Source: Bacillota bacterium
Lineage (GTDB): Bacteria; Bacillota; Clostridia; Christensenellales; WQRI01
DNA: 52,977 nt
Direction of reading: 5' to 3'
Assembly (NCBI GenBank): GCA_009786825.1
Contig: WQRI01000003.1
Coordinates: 1 to 52,977 of the forward strand
Every line of letters starts with the position of its first letter. The first letter of the stretch is position 1. This document shows, piece by piece, positions 50,481 through 52,977 of the stretch. The translations under genes and the position numbers were made by a program. The notes beneath the pieces are model-generated. The model had not been told where the DNA came from. It saw nothing but the letters and a program-made list of their open reading frames with translations, and made no database searches.

Positions 50481-52977
50481 ATGGGGAAACAAAATTTAAG
50501 AGTTGGGGCTGGTAAATCTAAGTGGTTTACTAGGCTTATAATGCTAGCGATGGGGCTAGTTTTATCAGTTGGGGGTGTAGTGGGCGTTGTTCACTTTACA
50601 AACTCTAACGAGCAAGAGTATGCTGATGCTCAGATATTTGATAGAGCGTTTTTTAGTGGGGGTGCAATACATTGGGAGGTAAGGGCAGGTAGAGCCAGTC
50701 CAAACTCTAATAACAATAACAGATATATTTATAGTATTAGAATTATAGGTGGCGGAGCAAATGTAAGAGTATTTCATCAGTCAAATGCCGTGGCTGCACC
50801 AAATACGCATACTGGTAATTTAAACTTGAACAATGGAGTTCATTTTGCATTTGGAACACATTCTGTGCGTATAGAAATGCGAACAGGTCAAAGAAGTGGA
50901 GATGCTGGTGCTTGGACTAGTGGTTCATTTAGATATTTGGATAGTAATGCTTTTAATATAACGCAAAGCCATAACTTAGCACAGCCTACTAATGTTAGGG
51001 TAGACGGTGACACGCTTAGATGGAACGCAGTTGCTCACGCAAATGGTTACCAAATTAGAGTAGGAAGTAGTATTGCGCATTCAGTTGGAAATGTAACATC
51101 AGTTAATCTTGCGGGCATATCCGGCATACCCATTGGTAATAACAATAACATAAACGTTGTTGCTACAAATACTCACGCCAATGTACATAATTCGGCGGCG
51201 AGTAGTAATGTGTCGTGGACGCGGAGTGGGACTTTGGGTGTGCCGGGTAATGTTAGGCTTGAGGGTAGTGTGCTTAGGTGGAATGAGGTTGCTAGTGCTA
51301 ATCAGTATAGGGTGTATAGGAATGGGGTGTATTTTAGGACTGTTGGTGCGGTGCTTGAGTTGAATTTGGCGGGGCTTACGACTGTTGGAAATGGTGATAC
51401 GTTTAGGGTGCGTGCGCGTAATGCTGGGGCTTCGTATTGGGCTGATAGTTTGCAGAGTACTGCTGTTGGTTGGACTGCGCTTGGTGTGCCGGGCGGTGTT
51501 AGTGTGAGTGGTGGGTCTACGCTTAATTGGAGCGGGGTTGCTAATGCGACTCACTATAGAATATATCGCGACAATGTTTTTGTGACGCAAGTGGCGGCGG
51601 CTGGGGCGAGTGGCGCGGCTCAGGCGGGCGTTGCTAACAGCCTTAACTTACTTACTTGGGCTGGCACTAATGATGCGGGCGGCTCGGTTATTCCGGCTAG
51701 GGCGAATATGCAAATGAGAGTTGTGGCTGTGAATACTGGCGCGAATGCCTTTGTAAACTCGGCTCAGTCGGCACCCGTAAACTTTACGCGCGCGGGGCGT
51801 GTAGACAGCGTTAGCATAAGCGCGCCGGGTGTTAGTGGCGGTATAATGTCGCTTGGTATTGCGTGGCCGCGTCCACTAAGCGTAGAGCAGATGCCAAGTG
51901 TACAACTATCGGCAAATGTGGCTGGCATATACGGCACGGACACGGGCGTTACGTGGTCTTCCAACAGAACGAGCGTAGCCACAGTTGACGCGGTAAGCGG
52001 TTTTGTGCGCGCGACGTGGCAAGCGAATATGTGGGAGCATAGTATGCTTCCAGACCTATCCACCATAATCACGGCGCGCTCTAACTTCGATAACAGCGTT
52101 GTGGGTCAGTTCACCATTCAGGTTGTTTTCTCAGACCCACCTTACGCGTGGGCTGTAGGTGTGGCGATTGAAGCGGGCGGGCTTAGAGAGATAGAGCTTC
52201 CGCCTTGTGGCTCACCTCTTACAAACGTAACTCAGTTTTTTGCGAGTGCTTATGGCTACAACTTGCCAAGCGCTATGCGCGGCGTAGTATGGAGTTCTAG
52301 CGACACCGAGATTGCTACAATAGATGCGACTACTGGTAGGCTTACGGCGCACTCAGAGGGCGTTGTGAGAATAACCGCAACAAGCCTTGTTCAGCCGTTT
52401 GTGCCAAGCGCGTTTTACATAACTGTTGCGCGTGACGGCTCTGCAGTTGCAACAAACGTAACAATTTTCTGCACGGCTGACAGAACAGATGAGCATCGCC
52501 TTGTAATACCGCACGGCGACGCGGCACTTCCTTTCGTAGACCTTCGCGCAATAATAGAAGGGCATAATATTGCAAGCCAACTTGTTACGTGGACGTCTAG
52601 TTGCGGCGCGCGTATTGGTAGCCCAAGCGAGTTTTTAACTCTTTCACACGCGGCTTACGGCGTGCGCGTAACAGGCACGGCTGCTGCTGGTCCTATAATT
52701 ATTACGGCTACACCGGTTGGCGCTATTGGCGCAGTCGGCACGTTCAGAATATTTGTGGCGGTGTCTGACCCGGAAGTAACGGCAGTAACAATTGCCCCGC
52801 CTACAAACTCAACGCTACTAATACCTATGACGCGCCCGATAGAAACTGCACTTCCGCGTGTAAGCCTAACAGCAAGCACAAGCGGCTTTGGCGGTGGAAC
52901 AAACTCGGGGGTTGTGTGGACAAGTTCTTGTGGCGCAGTTGCGGGCGTTGGCATACAAAACGTAGCGGGTCAGTTCG
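50481..52977 (+). CDS. Large surface protein (5' partial): signal-anchor, FN3-like repeats, Big_2-like Ig domains
   Basis: Absent from the ORF track because it has no stop in the window. My translation from ATG 50481 (SD AAAGGGGG) is open for 832 codons. N-terminal TM FTRLIMLAMGLVLSVGGVVGVV. Three W..V..A..Y.(V/I)(Y/R) modules (LRWNAVAHANGYQIRV, LRWNEVASANQYRVYRNG, LNWSGVANATHYRIYRDN). Big_2-like VTWSSNRTSVATVDAVSGFVRA and VVWSSSDTEIATIDATTGRLTAHSEGVVRITAT. Confidence 0.8.
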   Translation, partial: MGKQNLRVGAGKSKWFTRLIMLAMGLVLSVGGVVGVVHFTNSNEQEYADAQIFDRAFFSGGAIHWEVRAGRASPNSNNNNRYIYSIRIIGGGANVRVFHQSNAVAAPNTHTGNLNLNNGVHFAFGTHSVRIEMRTGQRSGDAGAWTSGSFRYLDSNAFNITQSHNLAQPTNVRVDGDTLRWNAVAHANGYQIRVGSSIAHSVGNVTSVNLAGISGIPIGNNNNINVVATNTHANVHNSAASSNVSWTRSGTLGVPGNVRLEGSVLRWNEVASANQYRVYRNGVYFRTVGAVLELNLAGLTTVGNGDTFRVRARNAGASYWADSLQSTAVGWTALGVPGGVSVSGGSTLNWSGVANATHYRIYRDNVFVTQVAAAGASGAAQAGVANSLNLLTWAGTNDAGGSVIPARANMQMRVVAVNTGANAFVNSAQSAPVNFTRAGRVDSVSISAPGVSGGIMSLGIAWPRPLSVEQMPSVQLSANVAGIYGTDTGVTWSSNRTSVATVDAVSGFVRATWQANMWEHSMLPDLSTIITARSNFDNSVVGQFTIQVVFSDPPYAWAVGVAIEAGGLREIELPPCGSPLTNVTQFFASAYGYNLPSAMRGVVWSSSDTEIATIDATTGRLTAHSEGVVRITATSLVQPFVPSAFYITVARDGSAVATNVTIFCTADRTDEHRLVIPHGDAALPFVDLRAIIEGHNIASQLVTWTSSCGARIGSPSEFLTLSHAAYGVRVTGTAAAGPIIITATPVGAIGAVGTFRIFVAVSDPEVTAVTIAPPTNSTLLIPMTRPIETALPRVSLTASTSGFGGGTNSGVVWTSSCGAVAGVGIQNVAGQF

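Noticed and set aside
51099-52954. Several minus-strand ORFs (163, 102, 77, 75 and 99 aa) at the right end
   Set aside because: They are antisense to an 832-codon open plus-strand frame with recognisable FN3/Big_2 motifs and a signal-anchor.

Overview
Low-GC (about 40%) chromosomal segment that looks Firmicutes/Clostridia-like and uses the standard code (TGA, TAA and TAG all act as stops). All calls were made by eye from the sequence and ORF track. Repeat boundaries are good to about +/-5 nt.

Gene content, left to right:
- a PRC-barrel-like, proline-rich protein on the minus strand
- two tandem PHP-domain paralogs, a DUF1858 protein and an ABC transporter pair
- cysK-cysE
- a complete S10-spc-alpha ribosomal super-operon (rpsJ to rplQ, 7837-34264), including secY-adk-map-KOW-infA-rpmJ
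- codB-codA, a GNAT acetyltransferase whose 3' end runs into a repeat, and rpiB
- a complete V-type ATPase operon in Enterococcus hirae order (ntpFIKECGABD)
- the 5' 2.5 kb of a large FN3/Big_2 surface protein that runs off the window

No rRNA, tRNA, CRISPR array, transposase, integrase or reverse transcriptase was seen.

Two things are unusual.
1. Almost every intergenic spacer is occupied by small structured non-coding repeats, even inside the ribosomal and ntp operons. F1 elements (about 150-200 nt, roughly 26 full or partial copies) have 7-nt-periodic arms that differ between copies but stay self-complementary, around a conserved core. F2 elements (about 125-185 nt, 9 full copies plus fragments) have an invariant CGTAC-N5-GTACG hairpin and covarying outer stems. 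Two minor families (F3, F4) are also present. Most elements start within 0-4 nt of the upstream stop codon.
2. Several ribosomal proteins carry very large Lys/Ala/Glu-rich low-complexity extensions fused in frame: uL5 is 1193 aa, uS17 475 aa, uS5 427 aa and uL30 215 aa. uL29, uL24, uL16 and NtpF carry shorter tails.

Together these stretch the rpsJ-rplQ cluster to 26.4 kb.
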